A stretch of DNA of 63,194 nucleotides, filler included, from Lenisia limosa (lineage: Eukaryota; Protista; Breviatea): assembly GCA_001655205.1 (NCBI GenBank). It is 10 parts of 10 records of this genome, joined end to end, with 100 filler letters (N's around TTAATTAATTAA, not from the genome) between each part and the next. Parts side by side here need not be neighbours in the genome. Positions count along the whole stretch, not along the records: positions 34,653 to 48,071 come from LPNZ01008123.1; positions 48,172 to 54,222 come from LPNZ01004547.1; 8 more parts are not named here. The stretch is one strand, 5' to 3'. Both the position numbers and the translations under genes were made by a program. Below are positions 38,406 through 51,300 of the stretch, in pieces. How positions within the stretch are numbered: the stretch's first letter is position 1; every line of letters begins with the position of its first letter. The notes under the pieces were generated by a model that did not search any database, was not told the DNA's origin, and was given only the letters and a program-made list of their open reading frames with translations.

Positions 38406-40190
38406 TGGTATGCTGGCACTTCTGGCGGCGGACCCCTCAGTCGACAGCAAGGTCATTGTCGGCATGGAGATGGAGGCTCTCGGAGAGGTCTGTGTTCCGG
38501 GCTGGCTGTGTCTTAAAGCAGGGTGCCAACCCAGAAACTGGCTCGGATAAACCACAAATAGAGCCAAAACCGAGCGTAACCTGAGTGATTTTTATTTACT
38601 GTGATAAAAGCAGTTGTTTTGAACAAGAGAGCGTCACCGAAACTTTTTGTTCGGATATCCGTGACAGTTTTCTGGATTGGCACCCTGCTATTACACAAAA
38701 ACTCTGAATTTTGTGATAGAACCTCTATAATTGTCTTTATTAGTATTCTAAAGTCCCAAACGGATCTCTTACACTACAGGTTCAGTACCCCAAGCTTGTT
38801 GAGTACTATAAGGAGCTTCTGAAGAGTCACCCCGAATGCCAGGTTGAAGGGATGTTGGTGATGATGAATATCAAGAGGATTGTTTACACTAAGGATTTCT
38901 AATAGGGAACATAAGAAACAATGGAAGTTCTAGTAGTTTTGATCTAACCTCCTAGATGGCTCACAAACGTCTGGTGTCCATGGCCAAAAAAAGAGGTGGG
39001 AATGAAACAAGTTTGTAATATTTGAACAAGGTGTTTTTTATGCCATATGAGACATCTTTGGTCCTGATAGCATCGAGATACACTGACCGCGATAAGTCTT
39101 GAGACGGCGCTTATCTTTTGTCAATCGTGTCAGGACTTATCGCGGTCACTGTACATATTACTTGACTTTTCTGGTTCGAAGTCAACCTAGTCTGAACATT
39201 AAATTCCGGTCCCTTTTGTTTGCTGACATTCAGGCTTCGTCAACACCGCACTGACTCAATTGAAGAAGTACTTAGAGGTGGGTGGTGCTTGTGTTCTGTT
39301 CTGGGGGTCTGGGCAGATACAGGAATGGACAGGTACTCTTTGGAGACCAATATATCTGAACTGTTGTGAGTTAATTGAACACTATATTCCCTTTTACTAT
39401 ATGATAGAATATATAATATACTACTTCAAACCCCCCGTCACCCCCCAGATCTACCCGATGGACAAGGAAGCATGGTTGGAAGGAGCCGNNNNNNNNNNNN
39501 NNNNNNNNNNNNNNNNNNNNNNNNNNNNNNNNNNNNNNNNNNNNNNNNNNNNNCTCTACGCCGCAGGAAAGAACTTTGCTGAGGTTTGGACGATCAATCA
39601 AAAGGCGACGTAAAAAAATAATTTTCACGTATCATAATATCAAAGAGAATATTATTTTTTTGCTTGAAGATAAATGGAAGTGCTGTTTTTAATGAGCTTT
39701 GTATTTTACTTCTTTAGGCTGCAGGCTGTATTGAAGAGGCCATTCTGACGAACCCCCACTCTGTTGTCCTTCATTGTCTTTGTGGAGATGCTTGGCTTGC
39801 TGCGGGAAAGGCTTCGCAGGCTCTTCATGTATGCCCAGTTCTGATTGGATTGTTGTAGTAGCATTATACCTTTCTTTCTCTCTTATCACTTTACCTTGTA
39901 CATATCATATTATAAGATCTATTTTTTCTATGCAGCTCTTATTTTAAAAGAACAGAATATCACTTACACTGCTGTTTGGGCTTCACTTCGGTTCGAAAAA
40001 GACTGGTAAAATATCGATAGTTTTTGAGGATTTATCGAGAAATTCAGTCTGTTGTCGAACCGAAGTGAAGCCCCGCTACTCCTGTTGCTTCAAATGGTCA
40101 TCCCATTTCTTATCACCCCGTCCTTCTGTATCACTTTGTAGCACTTCGCCCTTGCCCACGAGATGAGCCCCCTTCACATCTGCCAAATAG
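38406..40190 (+). CDS. EMC2: TPR protein, probable ER membrane complex subunit 2 (ends uncertain)
   Basis: Exons VGMEMEALGE / VEYYKELLKSHPECQ / MAHKRLVSMAKKE / TALTQLKKYLE / IYPMDKEAWLE / AAGCIEEAILTNPH / HFALA are colinear with EMC2 (GMRFEAME..AARKRKIA..LNEYLE..DQEAW..AAFCLEEL..NPH..YFAQA). Confidence 0.7.
38519..38687. mobile_element. Second CAGGG-ended MITE (probably hAT) in an EMC2 intron
   Basis: CAGGGTGCCAACCCAGAAACTG .. CAGTTTTCTGGATTGGCACCCTG inverted termini. No TSD recognisable. Confidence 0.65.
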
Positions 40191-41155
40191 GTCTTGCTTT
40201 GGTATGGTGGTCGATAACTAGCTTCTAATTTCTCGTATTTCAAGATTGTCCTGAAACACTTTTTTTCTGACCTGTTCTCTACCAGATTCTTGTTTTTATT
40301 ACTTTTGTATGATATGATATCCTAGTCTCGTTAAAAACTCATATGCATATGATATAATAATATATTTTTGTTAAATCATCATAGAATATTGTTTTAATTA
40401 TTTCAGGCATTGAAGGCAACACGAACCAAATCAGGTAAGCTGACTGCTTATTGCTGGCACAATAACAAGTTATATTTTTTGTTTTTGATTGCAAGCCTGT
40501 TAATGTTGTTTCCTATCGGGCCTTTTCCCTAAATAACCGTGCTTTATTGCCTTTAGATTTCAAGGTTGAAGCAGGTCTTGAAAGTGATGTGGATGAGTGC
40601 GTCCCAGGAGCGGTGAGAGGGGCACTGTTAGGAGCGGTGAGGGGGGCACTATTTACAATTACTGACATTTACTATTCAGCTGGTGAGTAGCTGTCTTTCC
40701 GAGTGAGCCCAATAGTCGTGTATTTGAGAAGGATTGATTAATTTTAATTGCATTCTCACATCAGGTGAAGGTGGGGTTGGACAAGTATCTACTAATTTAT
40801 CTTTATCTATGTTGCTGGTAAACAAAAAAAAATACAAACATGGTAGGGTCTACTGGGTACGCTCAACGAGGCCGACTGAATCGTAAATCGTCAAATTGAG
40901 TCAAATCGTCAAATTGAGCCAAATGGACAAATAAAGGCATATCATATGATCACAGGTACAAATAGGCTGACTTTAATATTATTTTCACAGCATATCATTC
41001 TTCTGATATCATGTAGTATGATATTATATAATATATTACATGATAAATATTATATAGCTAATATATAATTATCATATATAATAGATCATATCATTAGTAT
41101 AAACTCTATCATATGGTCTTCAAACAGCGTGGTCTTTAGTAGGCTGAAACGCCAA

Positions 41156-44100
41156 TCATGTGAGCCAACCATCAAGAGCGATTTGCTTGGAGGAATCGGG
41201 GAGGGAAATTGGGGCGGCAACAATCTGTCACGTCATGTCATCGATTTTTTGGTATCACATGCGGGGTAACTAGGGGCCCTACGGTCCAAAAAAGACTGGT
41301 AAAATCTCGATATCTTTCATTTATCGAGCAATTCCGTCATTTTTGGGACTGCAGGAAGCCCTAGATAGCAGACAGGGGGTATGATAGACAGGTGGAGCAG
41401 ACCTCATCAGGGAGTCTGAAGGCGGCTAGAACAGCCATACAGTCTTCGCGGCCGCAGACAGACGAGAACGCTGTGATGGCCTGGTGCACCTTGTTACTTG
41501 TGGCAACGCTGACATACCTCTGGGTGGGGCCGTCAACTGCATGGTGGATGGTAAAACGAAGTAAATATCAATGCAGAGTATTGGCGTAAAGTTACTAATC
41601 AAGAACCAAATAATCAAAAACTCCACACAAAAGTTATTGGGGCTAGTGGTGGGGGTATGAATAAAAATGTAATGTCACACTACACATCTCCAGTCTCTTC
41701 CCAATGTCTTCGGTTCAAAAAAAGACGGAATTTCTCGATAAATCCTCCAAAATTATTGATATTTTACTTGCATTTTCCGAACCAAAGTGAAGCCCTACTC
41801 ATAGCGTTCTGAATGGTGCTGAGGCCGAAGAGCGTGCACCATCTTCTGAGAGCCTTCGCGGTCTAAAAGGTGACAATCGACATAAAACAAATCGATTCAA
41901 CAGACAAACATTGTTTTGAGATAGAAGGATGGTTTAGCTTCTCATCAATCACCTCTTTGGTGACCTTAGTCCTCGCATACAGATTTGTCTTGACACGTTC
42001 GGACCACCCGGTCGAAGTCAAGGAACATTCCGAGTTCAACGTGTGCACGGGCCATGCGCACCAAATCTACATAAGTTATGGGCTGGTCGTTTTATAGGTG
42101 TGCATTTTGTCTCAGGCGGTGATGTGTAAAACAACTTGCTTCCCTCTCCATTTGCTGGGGTTACCGCCACCCAATCATACCTACAAGACAAGAGTTCCAG
42201 AGGTCGAAACCATTCTTCGCGCGCCCCTAAAGAAAAGATAAGAGCTCAAGTGGTGTTTTATCAGTGTTCATATGAATTTCATAATGTACATGGAACTATC
42301 TTCGAGACAGAAATGGCCTGACAAACCTTGAGAGACTGGAGCTTAAGAGCCGTCTCATGCATCAAATTGAAGGCGCGGTACTCCAGAACCTTTTTCTAAT
42401 GGGTCAATGGGTTGCAGATTGATGGTATTATCCTCTATTCCTTTGGGGCGATTTGATACGATATCACTCTTGGTATTGTCCTCTAAGCCGATTTGAGATA
42501 TAGCTACCGCGCTTGGTAACCCGCTCTCAAGGGAGTTCATATTATATATAAACCTTAAGAGTAGGCCTATGCCAACCTGCCATCTTGGACTGGTGATTGT
42601 CGGGTTCACGAGGGATGGAGTTGTGGCCAAGAAGTTTGAAACAGACTGGAGGGTCAGTAGGGGGATATCATTAAATATTATTATTATGACTTTGAACAGC
42701 CGGATCATATTTCAAACCTTTCCAATGTACTTGAGAGGTCCGGTGAAGATGCCGCTGCTGTATTGTCTCTTGTACTGACAAGTGAATCCAAATAAACGAT
42801 ATAAATGGACATTAGCCAAACAACGTAGAATTACAAAACACAGGTTTTGCAGCAGGCTTATAACTTGTGACTAGAAACATTACCTGTGTTAGCAGGTCTT
42901 TGGCCGTCTGCTGCATTAGAACCGTGTTGTCTCCTTCAAATGTTTGGAAGACATCATGGTCACTTCGAAGCTGAAATGTTAGGGTTCTGATAAGAATTTA
43001 ACTCAAGTGACAAAGGCAACCAGTTTTATGCCCACGTCTTGTTTTGATTATTATTTCATCATGACTTGACTCTTTCTCATTACCATACGCTGAAGAACTA
43101 CTTGACATACAATGTATGTATATAGAGGGCTTCCATACGGTCCGAAAAAGACCGTCAAAATATCGATATTTATCAAGGATTTATCGAGAAATTGGGTCTT
43201 TTTTGAGACTGTAAGGAAGCCCTCATACATAACATTCTGACATTATCCGACCCCAGTTACCATGCCAAGTCTATTGGACGAGCGGTAGCCATGACCTCCG
43301 CACATTTCACGGGTCTCATTGAGGGCTTGTTGCGTTGTCCTTGTTTGTTATCCATTATCAGTAGCATTTGTAGTGAATTAGTAAATACGATACACTATCA
43401 CTAAAATAGGATTGGATTTGCCCTTGTAAATCAATAACCACTTACCAGGTTACGACAGCCTTCAGCCCAGACGACAAGCTGTGTAGGTCCGCACTGTTGA
43501 TTTGGCCGGTTGCAAGGTCATCAATCCTGAACAAGTGAACATGGCGTAATGTATTTTGGAAGAAGCAGCAACCTTGGGAGTCTGATTTTTTATAACGATG
43601 GAAGTGATCCGGACCCACAGTTTCTTGAAAGAGAAGGAGCCGGCCAGACAGAAGGCAAGACGAGGCATCAGTCGGCGGGTGTGCGTTTGGTATGTAAAAA
43701 TCGGCACTTCTTCGTCTGAGTTCTATACACTGTTAAAACAGCCAAAAAAATAACACTGCACATTGTTCCGGATTGTGCCTCAAAGCTATTACGAAATATG
43801 AGTAAATGTTTTGAAACACTTCAACACTTCCATGGGTATATTCAGAAATAAGAAAGCTTTCCTCAGGCGAACAAGCAGTACCTTTGGGCCAAATTGACGA
43901 CGTTGTGTGGCGTATTTAAGGGCAATTATCAGGGCCATTCGAAGAACCCCACATGAACCACTAAATGGTTATTCATGATAAATGTTTCACTTTGGCAAAA
44001 ATTTCAATAGTTTGAAGCTAACTACCCACCCGATCAGAGCAACTCGGCCGAAACTGAGGGCAGATAGCGTCAGACCAAATCGCTTCACTGCAAATGTCAA

Positions 44101-46109
44101 AGTCTGTCACCTACACTCAACCATTGATTGACATACAGATGATAAGAATACCCAAACATTGATTGACATAGATGATAAGAAGATCTAAACAGATACCGAC
44201 AAATCCAGACCCCCACTTGGTGACCCGACATGGTTGATGTACACTCCGCCTGGTCTGACCTCGGCAAGTCTGGGGGGGGGGNNNNNNNNNNNNNNNNNNN
44301 NNNNNNNNNNNNNNNNNNNNNNNNNCCTAATTATCAATGGAAGGGAAATTATTTTCTTACTTTGAGAGTAAGTTGGTGCGGGGGATTTTGACATGAGTAA
44401 AACGCAACCATCCTACAAACCATAAATGATTGGATTCAAATTGCATCAGCAGTAATCAAGATGTTGATTCTGACTCGAGGCTCTTGAGCCCCTCACATAC
44501 CATTGTCAATGCCTTGGAGGCCAACTTTGTGTCCGCAGTCCCCAGCCTCCACACCTGCAAATGTGGCGTGTGTTTTCCTGCTGAGTCAGCTGATATTCAT
44601 AAAGGCAAAAAATGTTTGGTTTATTCTGATATGTTTTATATTTAATCAATTGCTCGCTCTTCCGTAAAAGTATGTCATGTAGTAGTCCACATCCTCTCAC
44701 GGGTCTCTAATAGGGACAACAAAGCAATGTACACCATGACACTTGTCGCCGATGTACAGTTGGGCAAAGACGACTGACATTGTACCGTGCACTGAAAGGT
44801 GAATTCGTTTTTAGTTAGGTACAAAAACAAGCTTATTGTCTCTTAAATATGATAAAGATGAGATTTGAGCAAAATGTAAAGGCTCTGATTATTACGACCG
44901 AGTCATTTCTATTTCCACATTTCCTACAGCTCCCCCCCCCCTCACAAGCAGCGTCACCAAGCCACCATTTGACTGCGCCATTATCGGGGGTGTGAATGTC
45001 GAAACTATCAGTCGGAGCATCATAAACGGCAACTGTCCTGTTGTGTTAGTCCAAAAGGTTTCATTCAGTACCCTTGAGCTGTTTATAGATTTTTATAGAT
45101 TTTTATACCGTGGTAGCCAAAATATTAAATGGAATGAAGGAATACCAGCCAGCAGGATACCTGATATCTTTGACATTGCTTCCATGTTCGATTTCGGTCA
45201 TGGCGAAGATGCCGGGAGTGGTCAAGCCGTCAACTCCGGGCAGGTATTTTGTATGTTGTTCTTCAGTTCCCTAGGGGTCATATCAATGGGTGGAGGTCTG
45301 TTTTGAATGTCAACACCATTTATTTTGCGTACAATATAACACCCCAGAAATAAACGTCATATGTGACCCCCACGCACAAGGAACAAGATAGCGCCGCCGT
45401 AGAGCTGGAAGTGGACTCCGGTTTTGATGACAAGGCTGATATCCGCGTCGCTTAGAACTCCCATCTGGTAGAAGTAGCGAGCTGGGTTGTCGCGAAGGTC
45501 GTAAACACTGAACGGGGGGTTCTTCCGGATGAAAATGAACTTCAGCTGAAGAGTCAAATTGAGTTCTAAGTTCACAAGAAATGCTTCCGCTTAATCTTGT
45601 ACTAATCTTGTTAGAAACACTCGAACCTGTTCAAAGAGGCGCTCCCTGTGCTCTTGCATATTCATGTCAGTGCGGGGGGCAAACAGGTCTTTTCTTGAAA
45701 TGAACAGATTCTGAAGTTCAGTCCTGGACTCAATTAACATTGTGTTCAATCAAGAAAGACAATATATCAACAATAAAACAGATGTTCTATCTTTAATGAA
45801 ATGAAATGTAACCTCCTATTCTTGCCAATGAAGTCAATATTTGCCTCAAAATCTCCATAACAATCAAAGCAGTCAAGAAACCACGGTTTGGCAATGTCAT
45901 ATCTGATATTGCGATGGCTATTGGAACTCGTCTTTCACCAACCTGTCACGGAGCTGTTTTGGAGGCGTGAGGAGAGCGGCCAAAACATCGGAGTTGATTC
46001 CAGACTAAACAATATTAGCAAACGGAAATGAGCGATTTGGACTTTTTTTGTCAACAATGATTAACTATAATGATAGTTGGCAGCAGAATGAATAGGAGAT
46101 GATTACCAT
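41156..46109 (-). CDS. Acyl-CoA oxidase
   Basis: Exons read [95 protein letters not shown] and [17 protein letters not shown]-only first exon at 46109. The last exon reads IVAAPI..GWLT*. Confidence 0.93.
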
Positions 46110-46548
46110 TTTGGCTGAGAGCGGGGGTCAGATAGATACAAAGATACAATATAAACTATTTATCTGGTTTGAATATTACTATTACTGTATAATTAAGATT
46201 ATCTGCAAATGATGGGTGCATTTGAATCGAAACTATGAAAAGGAGACAGACATACCCTTTTAGGAAATTAGGTAGAACTGCGATTTTTTGAAGACATAGG
46301 CTGATTTTGCTCATGTTACAATTGTGATATCTTATGATGTATCAAATACACTAGAAGAAAAGCATTATCAAAGATTCGAGGATGATCAAAAACATCCAAA
46401 CATGGGGTGGGATTATAGCATACAAATTGGAGTCTGTTTTCGAAAATCCTTCTTTTTAAGCCAGAACTTAACGCAAGTTAATCATCATATTTACAGAATA
46501 TAAGCTTATTAAGAACAAAAGAGCGACTTTTCTTTTCGAGGAGGCATC

Positions 46549-48020
46549 ATGGATCTCTCACTGAGACTCCCCCTCTGCTTCGACGATGGTCTGGTGTATC
46601 CAGAGCTTCGTGTGGCCATCGAAAAGGCCGCCAGCGCCTCGAAACCCGAACTCGGACTTGAGGCTTTCGTCATTGGAAGTGAGACCTTTAAGGATACAGG
46701 CTCCTATTTTGCATCACAACTTTCGTGTTTAAATTAATATAAATAGTTAAGAAACTCCCACGCAAGATGCCTGGCAACATCATGGAGTACATTGTGACGC
46801 ACCTGTCGAGCTGGGCACTTGATCTCAACAGACAGTCTAACTTTGTGGCTCAGGNNNNNNNNNNNNNNNNNNNNNNNNNNNNNNNNNNNNNNNNNNNNNN
46901 NNNNNNNNNNNNNNNNNNNNNNNNNNNNNNNNNNNNNNNNNNNNNNNNNNNNNNNNNNNNNNGGTATGTCGGATTCTTAGAGTAAATTTGGTGCATTCTA
47001 TGATGGTCTCAAAATGGAAGAAATAGGGTAATGAATGGGACGCAAATCACTCCATTCTGGAAGTAATTCTCAAATAGCGCAACACCAAAACCTTTTTCTG
47101 ATTTTAGCTCTGGTTAAGGTTTCCATATTGCATTAGAAAAAGTGGAATACAGCTTGGGGTTGAGGATTTATATAAAAGTGGAATGCAGCTTGGGTTGAGG
47201 AATCATGAAACGTATTTTTATCAGTGCCGCGCTTGTACAGTTTGTGTAGTTTACGAATCACAGTTAATGAATAAACATTTTTTGACCACACGCAGATTGC
47301 CTTCAGACCCGGTCTTGCTGACGCCTTCATCGCCAAATTAGTGGTTTGTCATCTTAATAGGGATGTCTTATTCTGCCAAAAAAATGGCTGTTTTATTGAT
47401 ACCCCATCTGCATAAGCATTGATATACAGGCGTTTATTTCCAAGTCCTTTAGCATTTTGTAGTATACACTAGCCGTATTAAGTCTTGACCAATTTTTAAG
47501 GAGATCTGATACATAGCATGTCGTAAAGATTTACCACGGAAACTGTATATTCTCAACACTGCAATGATCTATCTCTAATAAGCGTGATGGTGTGGACCTT
47601 CGGCCAGATACTTCATTATTTTTTATTTCTCATTGAAATATTTCCACTTCTGGGATGGAAATCACAAAGCAGGACGAAATTCCGATTTTCTTTGAGGATG
47701 TTGTCAAGCCTCAGCCTAGACGCCATGAAATTTCACAGGTGGGTTCTCCCTGGGAGCTCTTTTGCCTTATGGATAGGGCTTCACTTCGGTTGGAAAAAAG
47801 ACTGAATTTTTCGATAAATCCTCGAAAAGTATCGGCATTTTTCTGTCTTCTTTGACCGAAGTGAAGCCCTAGTTATGGACCACCTGCATTCTCTGTATTC
47901 CTTTCCATACAATAACGTAATCAAGATTGGAGAGCTTTGCTTCATCCCCGGTCTTCGGCAAGCGCTCAAGCCCTTCGCCTTCAGAATCCTGGAGCTTTGC
48001 GAGGCGCGTCTCAGGGTATG
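46549..48020 (+). CDS. N-terminal part of an unidentified helical protein, divergent from acyl-CoA oxidase
   Basis: MDLSLRLPLCFDDGLVYPELRVAIEK.., MPGNIMEYIVTHLSSWAL, IAFRPGLADAFIAKL and IGELCFIPGLRQALKPF, with GT/AG boundaries. Cut by the linker at 48072. Confidence 0.5.
47774..47871. mobile_element. hAT-type MITE copy
   Basis: TAGGGCTTCAC..GTGAAGCCCTA with flanks cttatgga / gttatgga. Confidence 0.88.
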
Positions 48021-48308
48021 TTCAGGCTTGTGTGGACGGCTTCGGTCAGATACTATAATCCAATATCTCTTNNNNNNNNNNNNNNNNNNNNNNNNNNNNN
48101 NNNNNNNNNNNNNNNTTAATTAATTAANNNNNNNNNNNNNNNNNNNNNNNNNNNNNNNNNNNNNNNNNNNNCGTACACCATCACGCTTAGTAAAGTCATA
48201 GTCTGACACAATTGACTAAAGATGAAGCTCAATATACGCGTCGCGGTCACTGTGGTATCATACTATACTTATACACTTATACACCCCCACCGTCTATTAC
48301 ACCCCCAC

Positions 48309-51300
48309 CGTTTCGCTTCGCCCCTCGCCATTTGTCTGCCGGCACCGTGGCAGGTCGACCCGAATGTCGCTTCCATTCCCTGGGGGAGGGGGGGTAAAAT
48401 GAAGGAATTTCAATGAATAATATTGGCGTCAAGGTACCAATCACGATCCGAATCATCTGAAACTGTAGAAATTAAAATTTATGAAACAAGAAAGCCCAAA
48501 TCGATTCTGCTCTCTCCTTCCCTCCTCAATCCCCCCCCCCCCCCNNNNNNNNNNNNNNNNNNNNNNNNNNNNNNNNNNNNNNNNNNNNNNNNNNNNNNNN
48601 NNNNNNNNNNNNNNNNNNNNNNNNNNNNNNNNNNNNNNNNNNNNNNNNNNNNNNNNNNNNNNNNNNNNNNNNNNTGAACCGCCCACAAGCACTGGCTGCC
48701 CGCATTTCTACAGCGTAAGAATATGTGTACGTGTGGTTTTCTTTTCAATGTGAACCAAAATGAAGGTCGAATTACTTCAGTCTATGTTTACTGTATCTGT
48801 TATAATATATCATATGTGTGTATCTTACATACTTTATTCCTCGTTACTTCGTATTGGTGTGTGAGAGAGGCGTTTATCGGCGTTATAGGTAGAATGGAGG
48901 TAGAAGGAGGGTTAAACATATAGAAGTGATAGTTGTCACACTTCAAAATTGATTTCCCACGACCCCCACCTCGTAAGCCTTGGGGACATTGGGATGGTGT
49001 GGGGGGAAGGCTCTGGTACTTCCCTTCCTGTGGACAAGAAGCTCTCGCTCTTCACCGTCTACATTATGCATTTCGCCTGAATAATGAAACCTTGTGTATT
49101 TTGCCTGGATAATGAGTAGGGCTCCAGTTTCGGTTCCAAAAAGACTTAATTTCGCTTAAATCATCGATAAATATAGATATTTCACAGGAGTTTTGTATCC
49201 GAAAGTGAAGCCCTATTAATGTGCATTTTGATAGTCGCATGGAATATGAAAAGCCCAAGTTGTTTCGTGTCAGAACGTATCGCGGTTACAGNNNNNNNNN
49301 NNNNNNNNNNNNNNNNNNNNNNNNNNNNNNNNNNNNNNNNNNNNNNNNNNNNNNNNNNNNNNNNNNNNNNNNNNNNNNNNNNNNNNNNNNNNNNNNNNNN
49401 NNNNGACTGAATCCAAGACCCCTCAGTAGGGCTTCACTTCGGTTCGAAAAAAGACTACATTTATCGATAAATCTTCGAAAACTATCGATATTTTACCGGT
49501 ATTTTTCGAACCAAAGTGAAGCCCTACCCCTCGGGAGCATTTGAAGGTCCGAGTTGAGGACTAAATTAGATGGACCAAAATACACAGCCCCCTCCTTATT
49601 AACTCAAACCACCTGTTACCAGGCCCCTTTCGGCTGATTGAACAATTGAAGCATATTCACCTGGTTGCCCCCCCCCCCACGTTTAGCGATGTTATGTCCC
49701 ACGTCGTAGACCACGTGCATGTCCATTTCCTTTGCCGTTCTGGGGGGGGGGGTAAATTGGAAAAAATATGACACAAAAAAAGCCCAGAATCAACTCTGTT
49801 GGCTGACAAACAAGGGTTGAGAACAACACAACAATCCAGTAGCTTCTGCAGCACCGCATCCTATCACTCGGGGATGTGGGTGGGGGTAAAAACAAAGGAA
49901 ATTGCAATGAAGAATATTTCGCGTCAAGGGACAAGTTAAATAATCTGGGTGAAGATAGAAAATTGGACAAGGGGGGCTTAGCATCACTTTTTATCGGTTT
50001 AGTGGTTCAGTTTGGAGGCTCCTATTATTGTACAGGTCAATACACTTTGAATGGATTAACAGCTTACCCTCTCCGTTTCCCCCAGACAACTTTCAGAAAA
50101 ATGCACTCAAACTTTGACATAATCTAAAACTCATTTTGCCTGTGTCCAACGGCTTTATGAGGCGCTATACTCGCATTTTTCCTTGGTCTTCGGACTGGGG
50201 ATGCTCTGGAGTTGAAGTGGGAGAACAAGGAGTTCACGCCTTCAGGCCTCACGTCACCTCCGTCTTTGTAATCGCTGAGCAAGGAAAAACTAAAATAGCA
50301 CGAGTGGATCAGTAGTGACTTAATGAAAACCCAATAGTGCGGCATTTTCTTCTGATGAAGACGGGCAGAACTGAAGGTTGATCTATTCGTTCGATTCAGA
50401 GGAATACACATTTTATAAATAAATTTGGAGGCAATTTGCGAGTGGATTCCAAATTAAACTCCTGCCGAAGTGTGTTTTCACCGGAAAATACGTTGACCGA
50501 GAGTCTTCTACACTTTGCATGCAAATCAGTTGGTTAATATTGTGAGGTTTATGAACCTTTAGCTACATCCAAAGCTGACCTGAGACGATGCCTGATGGAC
50601 CTGTACCAAGTCCAGTGTTACGAAGACACACTGAATCTTCAAGGTATTATTTTAAAAAATAAAGTAAACCTGGGGTTTTTTTTGTTATTGTATGTCGAAG
50701 AGATCGAAATATCGAAAATCTAAGTTCTTGAAAGTGTATTATACATGTATATTATTTTCTCAATGTATAGAGGCATTTTTAATCCTTATTTGTGAGGTAA
50801 TTTCTTAAGATAGAATCTGGTTACACTTTTAGGTTGGGACGAAATTGTCCCCAATGTCGCAGTCGAGGCCTCTGTTTTCCAAAAGGAGATTCTGTTTGAC
50901 ACTGATAGTCTCATAACTGAAGATTTGGTGAATGGTTGGCTGTTTATATCTTATCATTCGTGAGTGGTGTTTGAAGAATCCTTGAAGGTTATTCCTTTTT
51001 AAGCAATTGAGAGGCTTGTTGAATCTGAACGAATTAAAGGGGCAAGTCACGACTTGACGTTTGATGTCGTAGGCGCTGTTGTTATTTATTCATTATTTAT
51101 AGGTGTCATCCCTAACTGCTCTGGACGATAATGGTGAAAGAGTGTCTTAAAGGCAGTACTGCAAACTGTCACTTCCGATCGTGGTTTGAGCTATATGTTG
51201 CAAAATAATTTGATAGTGGACCACTGAAGCTATTTCTAAATCATAGCTTTGCCATCATTGTCTTGTCTATTTAATATTATTTGAGTATATCCTATAAAAT

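Noticed and set aside
40763-40790. GEGGVG as a small-GTPase P-loop
   Set aside because: The required GK[ST] is missing (it reads GQVS) and no other G-boxes were found.
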